DNA of 64,000 nt, taken from assembly GCA_004764695.1 (NCBI GenBank), contig SMSO01000037.1, positions 3,014,747-3,078,746 on the forward strand, in the 5' to 3' direction. The DNA comes from Schizochytrium sp. TIO01. Lineage: Eukaryota; Protista; Bigyra: Labyrinthulomycetes. How positions within the stretch are numbered: the stretch's first letter is position 1; each line of letters opens with the position of its first letter. Of the stretch, positions 42,370 to 55,324 are shown in pieces. The notes beneath the pieces are model-generated. The model was not told the DNA's origin. It saw nothing but the letters and a program-made list of their open reading frames with translations, and made no database searches. The position numbers and the translations under genes were made by a program.

Positions 42370-45300
42370 ATGATGCTATCGAGGGTAGCTTTCTCTAGAG
42401 CCTAGGAAGGGGAGGCCGCCGCCGATTGGACTGTCGGCGGAGGGCCGTTGTGACTGGCTGTGCAGTCAACTTGACTCCGCATTGCCGAGCAAAGTTCAAG
42501 GTTTCGTCGAGGAAACCTGAATGCGCGGCACCTCAATTAGAAACAGCAGCTCAAATTTCCTGAACGCACTTAATTTTGGTGCTCGCATGACATGACATAC
42601 TTTGTCACTTTCTAATCCTTCTTCTGCTAAGATTAAAAATTAATATTGGAAATTGTAAGTTTAAACATATTTGTACAATTAATAAAAATATTTGTGTTTG
42701 CTATGTTTATGATTATACTGTAGCGTCGAGTTTTTAATTTAAAAAAAATAAAAAATTAACATAACATTTAGATTAAAAAACAAAATTAAAACTTAGTGGG
42801 TACATAGATAGGCCTACTCACCAGTTTACGAAAGATTAAATAAATTGAGTAGGTTTCATTGCTACTGTTCTGTCAGTTGTCACCATTCGATGCTTTGCGC
42901 AGATATATGAGTCTTGTGAAAATGTGAAGAGTACGCTATCTTAGAGAAACAGGGCTTGATATTTTATACAAAATTAAATGACGAATAATAGCCCCTCTCA
43001 AATGCATACAATGACCTACAACCCCCCGAAAGACTTTGCACAGGGTAAAGGATTGTTAACACTTGTTTTCTTAAGTAATTTGAAGAACCTTTCTAATTGC
43101 TCTAAATAGGGAGAGATATGAAGCCATATGTCAAACTTTAACAATGTGTAACTCACGTTGAAATAGTTGTTCCTTGTTTCAACAGCCATCCAGATGAACA
43201 GAATTGGTAAACATATCATATTGAGAAAGTTTGATTTGTAATGCAGGGGAAATGACTCTTTAGAATGACACGATCGTTGACTTGCTTGTCCTCATTCCTT
43301 TCTAATCCTTCAAACCCTAAAAGGAGTATCCTGAATGATAAATCATCAGATATTCCCGAAAATTTTCTCACGAACCAAGTCCACCGATATAGTTTTCACA
43401 TATTTGAGTAAATAAGAAATGTCGCAAACGACCCTGATTGGCAACATCATGTATTTTAGAAAACACCACTAGAATCTTATCAAAGGATCCTTACTTTAGT
43501 TTGGAAATCTTTAAGTTAGATATCTACTGATGATGTATTCACGCAAGTTAAACAAGAACTTTGTGACAATTTTCTACTCGCGGTTATCACCAATACGCAG
43601 AGATTTATACTAAATACCATGTTTACGTTTGGTTAGCGGCCCTGGCTATTATTCCGTTCGTCTATGATTGAAAGGTTTTATCGTTCCATCTCAGCACTAT
43701 ATACCTCATTTGAGAGTCCTCCTTCTTCGTTTTGTCAATTTTGAAAAAGAAGGTTGCTTCAAATTTTTCTCGCATAACAACAACGGTTAGGAAAGGCTAT
43801 CTTTTATTTTATACTCTTGAATCAATAAACTCAATCCATATTTTCTTTTATTATTAGTTATTTATTTCTTTATTTAAAAATAAAAAATAAAAAAAAAAAA
43901 AATAAAAAAAAACACTAGATTAAATCTCTCTGCATTGGTTCAGATTGTTGAAATAGATTGCCTGGCATGAGCTCTCCTATAACTACAATTGGGCATCAGC
44001 TTGAAATCAGGTACCTAATTTTCGACGACTCAAGTATAAATGATGTCCATATTAAGCCAAAGGGGAGCTCAAAAAGCTGCGTTGAGCTTTGCAAATTTGG
44101 AATCTTCCAAGGACTTGAGACATGTTACGAGATTCTGCAACAATCACTATTCCTGGGACGGCAAGGGCGCCACTCTCAACATCCCTCCCAGTAAACATAA
44201 ACAAAAACGACTCGCGTGTCGATTAAACAAGCACGCACACAATCAGGCGAACAAAAAGGAGTCGGGGCGCGGCAATTGCAGCTGATCATAAGAAGGTATG
44301 CCTTCTGCTTCTCTGACCGACTAAAACGCGAAGGGGAGTTGGCCAGAAAGTCGCAAATCTATTTTTACGTCAGCAAATGAAGCTGATTATTAGAAAAAAC
44401 CAACACTGAATAGAGGAATGCGATCGGCAGAGCTTTTTCCTCGCAAGTACACTAAAGTATGTGACATACACTACAAGAAATCATCTCAAACAAACGTAGA
44501 TCGAGTTTTACTCATCTACTGTCCGCCTAGAATGCTATTGAGATTCTTGTTTTTGCTGCTTTTGCCTTTTCTGGATATCTGCGTATCAAGTCATCAAGTG
44601 CAAACTTGTTTGTTGCATGGAAATATAGGTAGCATTCAACTATGTTTTTAAAACCCTAAACGCAACCCTTATTTTGTAGGCTCCTCTTCGATGTTTAAGA
44701 ATTATTTACTCTTACCAAAAATCCTGGAAGCAATTGCTGCCTTCGCTTTGTTTGTCCCAGATGCCATGCGATATTGATCGTATTGCAGTGATTATGGATT
44801 TAGGCTAATCTAAAGTGCTTGCATTGCTTGCCACTGTATTTCAAAGGCAATAGCTGAGTTTGGCTTGCTAATAACACGATGGCATTCATACAGAATCAAT
44901 TAAGCCATTCATCGAGGCAGAATGTCATCTCTGTCTCTGCGTGTTCTTGATTAAGCAGTGGCGGTGGCATTTTTTCATTTTTCATATCAGATATATACAT
45001 ATGATTGAATTTATTATTATTAATGCTAATTCAATAAACAAATAACTAACTTCTATGATATTTTATGCTTCTCTTTTCCTTTCTTGTCCTTAGAGCCGTG
45101 CGTTTTCTCGAGCCTCTACTTTGACTACTAGCGGCCTCCTATGTACCAAATCCCTGGTTTGTGACGCAGTTCATTATCACGAACCACTATCGAAGGAGTA
45201 CCGTGCCTCGGTGCGTCGTCTTTGTTTCCATGTATTATGCACCTACCACAAGCACAAGGAAAAGAAAGAAGAAAGAGAAAACCGCCATAACTTAACTTGA

Positions 45301-47340
45301 TCTCGAAAGCGATTCTAAAAAAGTAGCCAGCAAGAAGACAAAGAAGAAGCAGTAGCAAGTAGATGAGGCCCCTAATGAACGGACCCATCTGAGCTCATTT
45401 CCTATGCGATAAGTTTGCCTGAGATGAAAACGTTGTGCGCGTGAAGGGCCTGGTCTTCGTTGCTTCCCCGTCGTTGTTTCTTTCAAGGAAAACTAGAGGG
45501 AGTTCACAACAGACAGGCAGAGAATGCTTTTGAGACAGCTTTAACTCTCAACTTATAACTTAAAATTTTATCTTTATCTTTTGATTAAAACGCTGTGAAG
45601 AATATGAATGGAAGGGGAACCCGCCAAGCTTCACAGTGGTCTGCCTGTGCATCATGCATCAGCGCTATCTTTCCCGTCTTTCCAAAGCTTCGCAGACGCC
45701 ACAAACCAATCTGCTGAGAGCTCTCTGTCGTACCTATCAGCAGCATCTGAGAGCTCTTCGGTCCCGCTTTCCTCAAATAACACTGTCCAGAAACAGTCGC
45801 ATTGATCATTGACTCGTCTCTCTTTCCGAAGACTTGGGCTTCGTTTCGCTCTAAAGGTGCGCTCTCGCCTTCAATCGACCCTTTCATAAATCCGACAGAC
45901 GTCCTGCTTATCGCTCCTACGATTTGGCATAGGAGGCCATTAGGCCCTCTGGAGGCGTCTCATCGCCAGCGCTCACTACTCTGCGCAGTCCGACGAAGAC
46001 TTCGCGACATGCCGCGTGAATTGATTATGAGCGCAGGAGCTCAGGAGAAGACTTCTGCTTCTTCTATCACCCACGCTGGCTGATTGCGTGGTCGTAGGTG
46101 TCAGGTCAACGAGTTGTCAACAATCAGCAATCTGATTCTAGATAGAGTTTGGCATTTTTCTGTAATTCTCATTTCTTTCTAATTTTAAAGTCTTGATAAC
46201 ATTCCACTAGCTAGGTGTTACATTAGGTAATGCTAATGCTAGGTTGGCTTTATTCTATTTTGAACTAAAAAGTTTAATTATGAACTATGCTCAACTAAAC
46301 TCTAGCTAGAACGCCGCTATTGCTAACAAAAATATACTATAAATAAAACTTAAAGAAAATGGATGTACAGCTGCTGCTTCCTTCCTTCCCTACGACGGAA
46401 GTAGAAGGAAGCCGGCTAGCACAAACAATACGACTGTCAGTTCTGTATTTAAAACATTGGTTTTCAGTAGCTTTTTTAGAACACTGAAAGGAAGGAGGGA
46501 GTGATTCCTCTCGAGGTGCGCCAAACTTCTTCTGAAATCTGCCAAGAACCCCTTTTGCTGCGGTATCATGGGAGCAGCTATCTATCAATCCATCAATCCA
46601 TCAATCACTCAATCATTCATTCATTCATTCAATCTATCAGTCTATCTCTCTATATATATGTATAGTTGCGCTATGTTTGTAGTGGCTTAACGAAAGAGGA
46701 ACTCAAAGCTGATCGATCTGCCTTTTTCTACGCGGGCGAAGACACCTTTTGCTCAGCATAAATAAGTTTTGATAAAGATGAAGGAGCAGCTGGATGATAA
46801 TTAATAACCTGTACTCCCTGAAGTTACAAGCCTTAGACCTCCATAAGTCCGCTGTTCCATCGACCTGATTCACAGACCTGCCTGAGCAGCTCAATAATCT
46901 CAACAATCTCGATCACTCCATACAGAGGCACGTAAAAGGAGAGACGGAGAAGAAGTTGGCGGTGCTTGCTTCCGCTCCTAGCAGCTGGCTACCCATTCCA
47001 GTAGAAGGTACCCTTGAAGTGAAGAGCCCAGTAAAGAAGAAGGCGCTACTGCATTGAAAGCAGCCAGGAGATATGGATGGTGGTGATAAAGCAAGCGTAC
47101 AGCGTATCGAGGTCGCCTCCGCTCCTTTGCACTGCGCCAGAGCGTGTTGCGGAATCGGCCACCGCTGCAAACCGATGACAGCCCCCTTAAACAAAGCAAA
47201 CCACGCACTGGAAGAGCATGCGTGGCAGCAGGGTGAAGAAGAGCGAAGCACCTCAATTTCTTTCTTGGTTTGACTCTTCTTCAATTTAGTTTTTTGAAAA
47301 AAATTAGTAAATTTTAATTGCTAAAGTATAGATATATAAA

Positions 47341-47810
47341 TGGGAGAGACACTTTCCGGCGGGAATGGAAGTTTCTAGTCCCACAGTGTCTTATAGATAA
47401 AGCTGGTGGCTTTTCCACAGCTCACTCTAGTGCGCGCAAGATTGTGCGCGCTGATTATAATTTTGGCCCCGCTCCATAGCTGTGTGCGTGGACCCTAGGG
47501 CTTTGCCTCCACAGTTTTGTTTTGTCCCCGCAGAATGCACCGCAGCAGTGGAAAGGTGAGAGCGGGTGAAAAAACTCGAGCTCAGGTCTACTGTGCTTTG
47601 CGCAGAATTTCCGCACGACTCTCAAGGTCGTGCCTCGAGATCGTTTCCAATCCTGCCCTGTAGCCATTCCCAACGGATGCCGTGGCCGCTTATAGTCCCC
47701 GAGGTGCTGCGCAGGTCCTCTTACCTGGTCCGCCACCGTCTGTAGCCAGCCTTGGCCATATTGGCCCCCGCTCCCTACGAAAGGGCTTCGTAGAAGCCGT
47801 GAAGAAGGTT
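47341..47810 (+). ncRNA. Candidate structured non-coding RNA or non-autonomous element (family unassigned)
   Basis: GC-rich island between AT-rich flanks, with TATATAAA immediately upstream, at least five stem-loops, an Sm-like AATTTTGG and a T-rich 3' flank. Confidence 0.25.
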
Positions 47811-48519
47811 TTCCTTTCTTTTCTTTCTTTCTTAATTTATTTTATTTTGGTTTACTTTATTTCAATATATTTTATTTTTGCATACTATTTATTTGGATTG
47901 ATATAGAGAGAGGCGTTTTTAAAAAAATGTTTTCGTGCTTTCTGTGTGATACTTTCTTTCCTTTTCTATTCGGTTCTTACTAGTAGCTGTGCTTGAGCGC
48001 TTCTCGTTTCTTGCGACCTACTTGTCAGCAAACCCCGTTGGGCACTCCGCCGACCGCTCAGACTTCGAAGGCAACTGGAGCCTCGACCGCTCGTGGTGGC
48101 GAGGAGCTTACGTCTCGAGAAGGCAGCTCGGGCTGCGAGCTCCTGGCGCCTGGGAACTGCTCGGGTGGCGATCGAGGAGAACTCGATTGACACGCGAGGC
48201 GCTCCAAGTTTGGTCTAGGAGAAGCCACAGTTCGCTTCGCCTTAGCCTTTCTTTTTTTCTTCTCTCTCTCTCTCTTCTAATACTTTCTCGATTCTCTACT
48301 CGATCAAGAATCTCGAGGACGCCTCTCTCGTGTGGAAAGAACCCCGCCTCACGCTCTTTGAGTGGGTCTTGGGTTTGTGGAGGTGATTCTGCTGCTCGCG
48401 ACAGCAGAACGACAAAACACCTAGTACTTGCAGCACATATATAGTATAGTATCTGCATTCAGTCAAACAAACAAACACCAGCGCTAGACCCCGAGGCGTC
48501 AAGAACCAGCGAGATCACT

Positions 48520-49620
48520 ATGTGCGACTTTCACATGCATGTGTCGCTTCTGGCGGCGAGCCTGAAAAGGTCTCACATCAGGTTAGTGGCGATTGATTTT
48601 GATGATACCCTGCTTAGTCTCCACACACATTCAAAATGGGAGCTCGGCCCGACCGCGCTAGCTAACAATGTGCGGCCATTCTTCATGGAGTTTATTCCTG
48701 CGGCGCTCAGGAAGGGCATTATTGTCAGCATCGTCACATTTTCCTCCCAGCGAAGACTCATCCAGCAGACCCTTCGCGAGGCATTTGGGCAGACTGTCGC
48801 GCGCCAAATCCTTGTTCGTGGCTATGACGGGTCGTGGACGCCTAGTCCAGCTCAATGCACCCCCAAGAGCTGGCATTCATGCTCGAGGCGTGGCAAGACT
48901 GACCATATTCTCCATGTCGTAACTAAGATTTATAACGATTCAGACGTCGAGGTGAAACCAGAGCAAGTTCTCCTTATTGACGACACTGAAATGAATGTTC
49001 TCCAGGCACGCTATGATGGTATGTGCGCGATCCAGTTTGATGTACAAGACCCATCTTCGGGCGACGCCTCTGAAAGTAGTATACTATTCAAAAGACTCAT
49101 GGCCACATTCCGCGGCAAGTCTGCTAAATCCTATCAAATGTCATCATCTTGGCCTCCTGATGACATGATGCCTCTGCCAAAACACAAGGTCCACAACTAC
49201 CAGCTATTCGAGACACCGAAGGGCATTGCAAACACCAGTAAATGGACCAAAATGGGTGATGACGTTGTCTCAAGTGTTGACGATACGGTCTCGTTGAACT
49301 CCAATGACTTTGAATGGGATTGTGACGAGCTTATGATTACTGACGGATCGAGCAGATCCTCAAAGGCGAAGGCATGCGATGCATCTTCGTCATCGTCCTC
49401 TTCTTCTTCGCCTTCTTCCCGATCCTCTTCTTCGACTCCCAAATCCCGATGGTCTTCCTCTCGCAAGACAACAAGCTCTTTAGGAGATGCTACCTTGTTG
49501 ACAAAAGATAATCTTAAAAAAGACCCCGATGCAGAGGTGACTCAAGATCACCCTCTTGCTCGCAATGGCGCGAACCACCACGCAAGATGTGTTCCAGCTG
49601 ACTCTTGTTCTATTATGTAA
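48520..49620 (+). CDS. HAD-superfamily hydrolase-like protein with Ser-rich tail and C-terminal CaaX box
   Basis: Motif I LVAIDFDDT, motif II IVTFS, motif III GK, motif IV LLIDD...N. The protein ends in CSIM*. Confidence 0.82.
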   Translation: MCDFHMHVSLLAASLKRSHIRLVAIDFDDTLLSLHTHSKWELGPTALANNVRPFFMEFIPAALRKGIIVSIVTFSSQRRLIQQTLREAFGQTVARQILVRGYDGSWTPSPAQCTPKSWHSCSRRGKTDHILHVVTKIYNDSDVEVKPEQVLLIDDTEMNVLQARYDGMCAIQFDVQDPSSGDASESSILFKRLMATFRGKSAKSYQMSSSWPPDDMMPLPKHKVHNYQLFETPKGIANTSKWTKMGDDVVSSVDDTVSLNSNDFEWDCDELMITDGSSRSSKAKACDASSSSSSSSSPSSRSSSSTPKSRWSSSRKTTSSLGDATLLTKDNLKKDPDAEVTQDHPLARNGANHHARCVPADSCSIM

Positions 49621-50528
49621 AACCCTCCAAAAGAGGAGCACTTTTTATTTTCGCTCCAACCTGACAAAATGACGAATCTAGCCTGTGTATGTATTATATA
49701 GTTCTTCACTTTGTTCACAATGATTAATCTAACATAAACCATTTGATCTGTCTATTTTCTGACCAAACGTTTACTCTTTATCTTTTATTATTCGTTGGTT
49801 TGTTAGATCCTGGATCTGTTTTTTCTTGTACCCTGCCGGAACAGAACTATTTCAAGCAAATTCCTCGTTTGAATTTTGTTGCTTAATGCACACGAAGGAA
49901 AATCCGTGTATTTATCTGTTGAATGTTGGCCTCCATCATAAAAGAGGGAAAAGGCACTTGATCGTGCAAAATTAAACGGTTATATAAAACACTAAGTTGA
50001 GTTTCAAGAAGGGAACCATATCAACGCAAAGTCCTCTAGATTTTAATAAGAGGAGCCGTAAATATGCTCAGCAATGCTAATCTGCAACACTATGATCTCA
50101 TCTTCCTTATTTCGAGGAGTATGATTGCAAAAACTCTGTAGACAGTTTCTTACTACTTTAATATCAACACGGAAACTGATCAAGGAAAACTGATGTCCAA
50201 AGTCTTCAATACGTGAGTTTGTCGTTGCACCAGATTTAAAATTATTCGGTAGGAGGTACGACCGTAGAAGTTGAAATCAGCTGAAGGTAGAGCAGAATTA
50301 GAATCGAAAAAGGTTTGATTAATTTGTGGTATCTTCAAGATTAGAATATGGGCTACGCAAATTGCCTAAGTATACCCATATACAATATCAATTGTCAGCA
50401 AATTGCTTGGTTTGCGGGAACAAACATCAGAAGAAGTACAAAAAGAAGAGAGAAACGATTGAAATCTGTTCTATGTTTTTGTTTGTTTGCAGAATTGTGT
50501 AAGAATTGGGAAAATTGGTCACGTACAT

Positions 50529-53303
50529 TTATTGGCGGATGGCCTTGTCCAGAGAGCGCTGCATGGAGGCGTTAACATCGCCATCCTCGCGGGCAGGGAA
50601 CGGGAAGGACTCACCGGTGATCTTCTCGTAGAGCATGATGTAGCGGCGGGAGAGCTCAGCGACAAGGTCGGCAGGGGCCTCAGGAAGCACCTCGTCCTTG
50701 TACGGGTCGCAACGCTCCGCGTACCAGAGACGCACGAACTCCTTGTCAACGTGCTGAGGGCTGCGTCCAGCCTCAACGTTGGCGGCATGGGTTTTATCGT
50801 CACCCACCCAGTAGCGAGAGCAGTCGGGGGTGTGGATCTCGTCAATGAGAAGGATCTCGCCGGTCTCGAGGTCACGGCCGAACTCGTACTTGGTGTCCAC
50901 GAGGATCAGTCCGTGCTCAGCAGCGGTCTTCTGGCCAAACGCAAAGAGCTCCTGGGCCTTGGCGTGACAGAAATCCCAGTCCTCCTTGTTCATCCATCCA
51001 TCACGCACAATGGTCTCGGCATCGATGAGCTCATCGTGCTCGTCACTCTTGGTGGTTGGTGTACACAAGTTCTTCTCAAGCTTCTGGTTCTTCTTAAGTC
51101 CATCGGGGAGCTTGTAGCCACAGTACTCACGCACACCCTTGTTGTAGTGAGTCCACATGGAGGTGCCAGAGCTTCCGGCAATGTATCCACGCATGACGAA
51201 CTCAATCGGGAAGGTCTTGCAACGGCGAGCGAGAGTAAGGTTCGGGTGCACCGGATTGGCCTTGGAGTTGGACGGGTGAAGCTGGTTCTTGATGATGTGC
51301 TCAGTCTTGCTGAACCACCAGAGGGAGACAAGGTTGAGCACAGCTCCCTTGAAAGGAATCTTGGCAAGCGGCCTGTCGAAGGCAGTCAAGCGGTCCGTAG
51401 TCACGAGCACCACGTTGCTTCCATCGTCGTAGCGGTCGCGAACCTTACCAACGTACTTGGCAACCTCAGTCTGACCATTCTTAGGGGTAAGGTGGAGGTC
51501 AGTGGCGTCAACAGTGTGTCCAATTGAGGCATAGATTCTGGGAAGGTATGCGTAAGTCTTGTCCTTGTTGGTGTACTCCTTCAGGTACTGCTCGTACTTG
51601 ACGTTCTCAAGGTGAGCCGCCTTCTCATAGACAGCATCGCGCTGGTCCGCGTGGTACGCATCGAGCTGCACACGGAGTCGAGCTGCAAGGCTTCCTTGAG
51701 CTGCTGCGAGCATTCTGATGGCCAAGAGTCCGGCGTTCATCGAGTTTCCAATAGCGACTGTCGCCACTGGCACACCCCTCGGCATCTGCACAATGGAAAG
51801 AAGGGAGTCGTTTCCACTCAAAGTTGAGGTTTTCACAGGCACTCCAATCACAGGGAGCGGTGTGAGCGCGGCAACCATACCCGGAAGGTGGGCGGCTCCA
51901 CCTGCTCCAGCAATGATGGTCTTGATGCCACGAGCCTGAGCCGCCTTGGCGTACTCGTACATGCGGTCTGGGGTGCGGTGAGCAGAGACAACGGACAGCT
52001 CGAAGGGAACTCCGAACTCGGTGAGCACGTCGGCGGCAGCGCGCATCGTCGGCAGATCCGAGTCACTGCCCATGATAATGCCCACGACGGGGGCCTCAGA
52101 GCTCGAGGACTTGGAGGGGCCAAAGTTGATGACATCAGAGGGGTCAAGCGGCTCGTTGAGGAGCACAAGGCGACGGCGGAGCTCGGGCATGTCGGGGGCG
52201 GTGACAGTAATGTGACCGAGCTTACGGCCGGGCCTAGAGTCCTTACCGTACCAGTGGATCTTGGCGCCAGGCACAGAAAGCGCAGGCTTGAAGGAAGCAA
52301 TGGTCTCCTCTTCAGTGGCAGCACCAAGAATGTTGATCATGGCGGCAGCACCGACGCGGAGGCTAGTGTCACCAAGCGGGAGGCCAGAGACAGCGCGAAG
52401 GTGCTGCTCAAACTGAGAGGTCACACATGCCTCAATGGTGAGGTGGCCCGAGTTGTGCGGGCGTGGGGCGATCTCGTTGTAGACGACGCGGTCGCCACCC
52501 ATCCAGAACATCTCCACAGCAAAGACGCCAGCACCCTGAATAGCGCTCACGGCAAGCTCTGCTACACGCTGGGCCTCGACGCGAGCAGCCTCCGGCAGGT
52601 TGATGGAAGGCGGCACCACAACCACGCGGCAAATGTTGTCGGCCTGACGGGTCTCCACAACATCGTAGCAGACAGTGTTTCCCTCGCGATCGCGAGCCAC
52701 GATGCAAGCAAGCTCAGCCTCAAAGGGAGCCCACTTCTCGAGGTACACGCCGCCAACTTCCACAGCCTTGCCGAGGCTGCGCAAGGCCTCCTCGATACCT
52801 TCAGCGTTCTTGACCACAGCATTTCCGCGGCCGTCATATGCCATGCATCGGCTCTTGAGCATCACAGGGTATCCGCCGAGTCTGTTCTCAGCTGCGTCAC
52901 GCACAGCGTCAACAGTGGCGTCCACCTTCTCGTAGTCGATGATGGGGACACCAGAGGCGCCCATGACGTCCTTTTGAACTGCCTTGTCAGCAATAATGCG
53001 CAGAGCAGACGGCGACGGGTGCACGGGGCGTCCCTGACGCTCGAGCTCCTCGAGAGCGTCAACGTTCACGTGCTCAATCTCGACGGTGAGGACATCTCCA
53101 GAAAGGGCGACCACGGCGTCGCGGTCCATAAAGCTACCCTTCACCACGCGGCAAACCGGGGCAGCAGAGGCCTCAGCGCCAGAGGGGTCCAGGCACACGA
53201 GGTCCAAACCAAGGCGTGCACCATCAAGGGCCATCATGCGTCCAAGCTGGCCGCCGCCCAGCACGCCTACGGTGCGAGCCACGCCGTCGATGCGGTTGGC
53301 CAT
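50529..53303 (-). CDS. purK-purE-purC: Trifunctional purine enzyme: PurK (N5-CAIR synthetase) + class I PurE (N5-CAIR mutase) + PurC (SAICAR synthetase)
   Basis: [26 protein letters not shown] and [12 protein letters not shown] (PurK); [14 protein letters not shown] and [10 protein letters not shown] (PurE); [34 protein letters not shown] and DKEFVR (PurC). All lie in one 924-aa ORF. Confidence 0.97.
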   Translation of the reverse strand: MANRIDGVARTVGVLGGGQLGRMMALDGARLGLDLVCLDPSGAEASAAPVCRVVKGSFMDRDAVVALSGDVLTVEIEHVNVDALEELERQGRPVHPSPSALRIIADKAVQKDVMGASGVPIIDYEKVDATVDAVRDAAENRLGGYPVMLKSRCMAYDGRGNAVVKNAEGIEEALRSLGKAVEVGGVYLEKWAPFEAELACIVARDREGNTVCYDVVETRQADNICRVVVVPPSINLPEAARVEAQRVAELAVSAIQGAGVFAVEMFWMGGDRVVYNEIAPRPHNSGHLTIEACVTSQFEQHLRAVSGLPLGDTSLRVGAAAMINILGAATEEETIASFKPALSVPGAKIHWYGKDSRPGRKLGHITVTAPDMPELRRRLVLLNEPLDPSDVINFGPSKSSSSEAPVVGIIMGSDSDLPTMRAAADVLTEFGVPFELSVVSAHRTPDRMYEYAKAAQARGIKTIIAGAGGAAHLPGMVAALTPLPVIGVPVKTSTLSGNDSLLSIVQMPRGVPVATVAIGNSMNAGLLAIRMLAAAQGSLAARLRVQLDAYHADQRDAVYEKAAHLENVKYEQYLKEYTNKDKTYAYLPRIYASIGHTVDATDLHLTPKNGQTEVAKYVGKVRDRYDDGSNVVLVTTDRLTAFDRPLAKIPFKGAVLNLVSLWWFSKTEHIIKNQLHPSNSKANPVHPNLTLARRCKTFPIEFVMRGYIAGSSGTSMWTHYNKGVREYCGYKLPDGLKKNQKLEKNLCTPTTKSDEHDELIDAETIVRDGWMNKEDWDFCHAKAQELFAFGQKTAAEHGLILVDTKYEFGRDLETGEILLIDEIHTPDCSRYWVGDDKTHAANVEAGRSPQHVDKEFVRLWYAERCDPYKDEVLPEAPADLVAELSRRYIMLYEKITGESFPFPAREDGDVNASMQRSLDKAIRQ

Positions 53304-54519
53304 GGTGGTTTGACTTGAAGGAGATCGCCAACGAAGTCCTACTATCTAAAGGAATGAAGGCGTGAATGCCTGCCTGCCTGCTGCTTCTGCTGCTGCTGCA
53401 CTGGCGAGGTGAGTGCTCTCACTCGCAAGCCGCGCTGCGAAGCGAGGCGGATTTGCTTTGCTTTGCTTTCTTTCGCCTTGCCTTGTCCTCCGTCTGTTTG
53501 TCTGAGCCACCAGTGTACCAATCTTCACTTCAACATAATATCCCCTAGTCCATACTAAAACCACATCCCCTTTAATATACTAACAACCTATCCCACTCAA
53601 CCCCATTTGATAACAGACCACGAGTAAGAAAATGTAATGCAATCAATATCTACCCTACAGTATGTATGTACCTATGGTGCTGCTTCACCCATGTCATCCA
53701 TCACATCTGTCCGCAGCGCTCCTCGCATCGCGGCATGCGAAGTATCTTCTGTGGCTCGCTCGCTTCCTTGTGCAAGCCGAGCCTGGCAATAGCAGCTCGA
53801 TCGATGACTGACGAGGGCTCCATTCCTGATCCAAACGCGGGTTCTGAGGAATCCGCAGCACCATTGACTTCCTTCTCATTACCGCACTCCTAGACATCCC
53901 TATATGCCCCCTACTGCGAAAGGCGCTGTTTCCTGTCCACAGCGCGCTTATTATGTTTATGGCGATTCCGGTTCTTCGCAGATGAGACAGACATAAAAGA
54001 CTGCAGTTCGTGCGAGTGTGTGCATTTCATTCACTTCATATCCTTTGCTTTTCGTAGATGATGGACTCCGCAACTGCATAAATCCTACTCCGAACACCTA
54101 ACCTCGTTTTCAATCAGCTCCATGGAGCGCAAAGCACCGTGGAGCTCGCTCGCTCTGCGATGGACCTGGACACAGCTGCATTTGCACAGCGCTGTTGTCA
54201 AAAAACAAGCCAATATTGCCTGGATGGGTGGGTTGTTTCATGGAAAGATGGCACTGACAGGTTATTAAAAGCTGGACGCCACTTGGTATAAAGGACGAAT
54301 GACTGGCAGGAGCCACACATTCCACCTCCTGAATTACCTTCGATTGACGAGATCGCTGTTCTCGCTGCGTTCGAGGGAGACGCGGCACATTGCACCAGGG
54401 CAGGTCCTGCGTGGACTTGGAATTTGTTATTTTGTACAGAAGTTGTTCAAGTGACTCCTTCCTTCCCGCCAGTTCCAGTCGGGCTAATGTCCAACTTCAA
54501 CTGCAATGTCACTGGATCC

Positions 54520-54571
54520 ATCACCACCACCACCACCACCACCACACCACCACCACCATTATCATCATCAT
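54520..54571. repeat. (CAC)n/(CAT)n trinucleotide repeat
   Basis: Read directly. Confidence 0.85.
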
Positions 54572-55324
54572 CGGCATCGACATCAGCATCGACTTCGAAG
54601 AGAGCATTGGCATTTGCACAGCTTTGCTAGAAGTCACAATGTGAGGACCCAGGGCGTCCTGCCAAGTGAGCGTTGAGTTGGGATTATTTATAGATTGTAG
54701 ACCTGAGTCCAAGGTCAATTGTGCCTTGAAGAAGGCAGCTCAGCACAGTCAGCAGGAAATGTTTCTGCTTTCATGCTGTTTATAGAGAATAATGAGAGTG
54801 GGTTGAGGTAGTATTGTTCACGGAACAATGGTGAATACACGCAGAAAAGCACTTGGCCTCACCTACTCGTTCAGACGAGAGAGAATGAATAGCCCACCGA
54901 TCAGGGCTGCTGTGCTTTGGACCACCAAGACTGCACGTAGCGAGAGAGAGCGAAAGGTCTGCGGGAGGGTGGCAGTACCATTCAATCTCTAGAGCGAGAT
55001 AGAGATACCCTGGAACTACTAGTACCAACCTACTCCAAACTCAGTCGTTACTGATATTTTGGCAAATTTTAGGAGAAAAAAAAATATCAGAGCCTCGCCA
55101 GGAGATAGCTTGCTTGATGACTGCTCAAGTATATGCCGCGAGCACGGAGTACTCGGAGTAGCTCGCTTCATGAGCATTCCAAAGAAAAACTTCATGCATA
55201 GGTCAATCATAATAGAAAATAGTAAACGTAGTACTAGTTGAGCATTAATCGTTTTTTATTAAAAAAGAAATGTATGAATGATGTAGAGAGATAAATTCTA
55301 GGCGCAGCACAGCCATTGTAGATT

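Noticed and set aside
43313-44660. Isolated AAACCCTAA telomere-like words
   Set aside because: Single copies in AT-rich DNA, not arrays.
47595-47790. Short matches to U4 (GCTTTGCGCAG), U1 (CTTACCTGG) and U11 (AAAGGGCTTC) 5' ends
   Set aside because: The downstream conserved loops and Sm-site spacing of each snRNA are absent, so these are treated as chance matches.
50487-53318. 346-aa and 476-aa plus-strand ORFs
   Set aside because: Antisense shadows of PurK-PurE-PurC.
54110-54720. Protein-like minus-strand fragments and a poly-His frame
   Set aside because: Explained by the CAC/CAT microsatellite; the frames are short and broken with no identifiable family.
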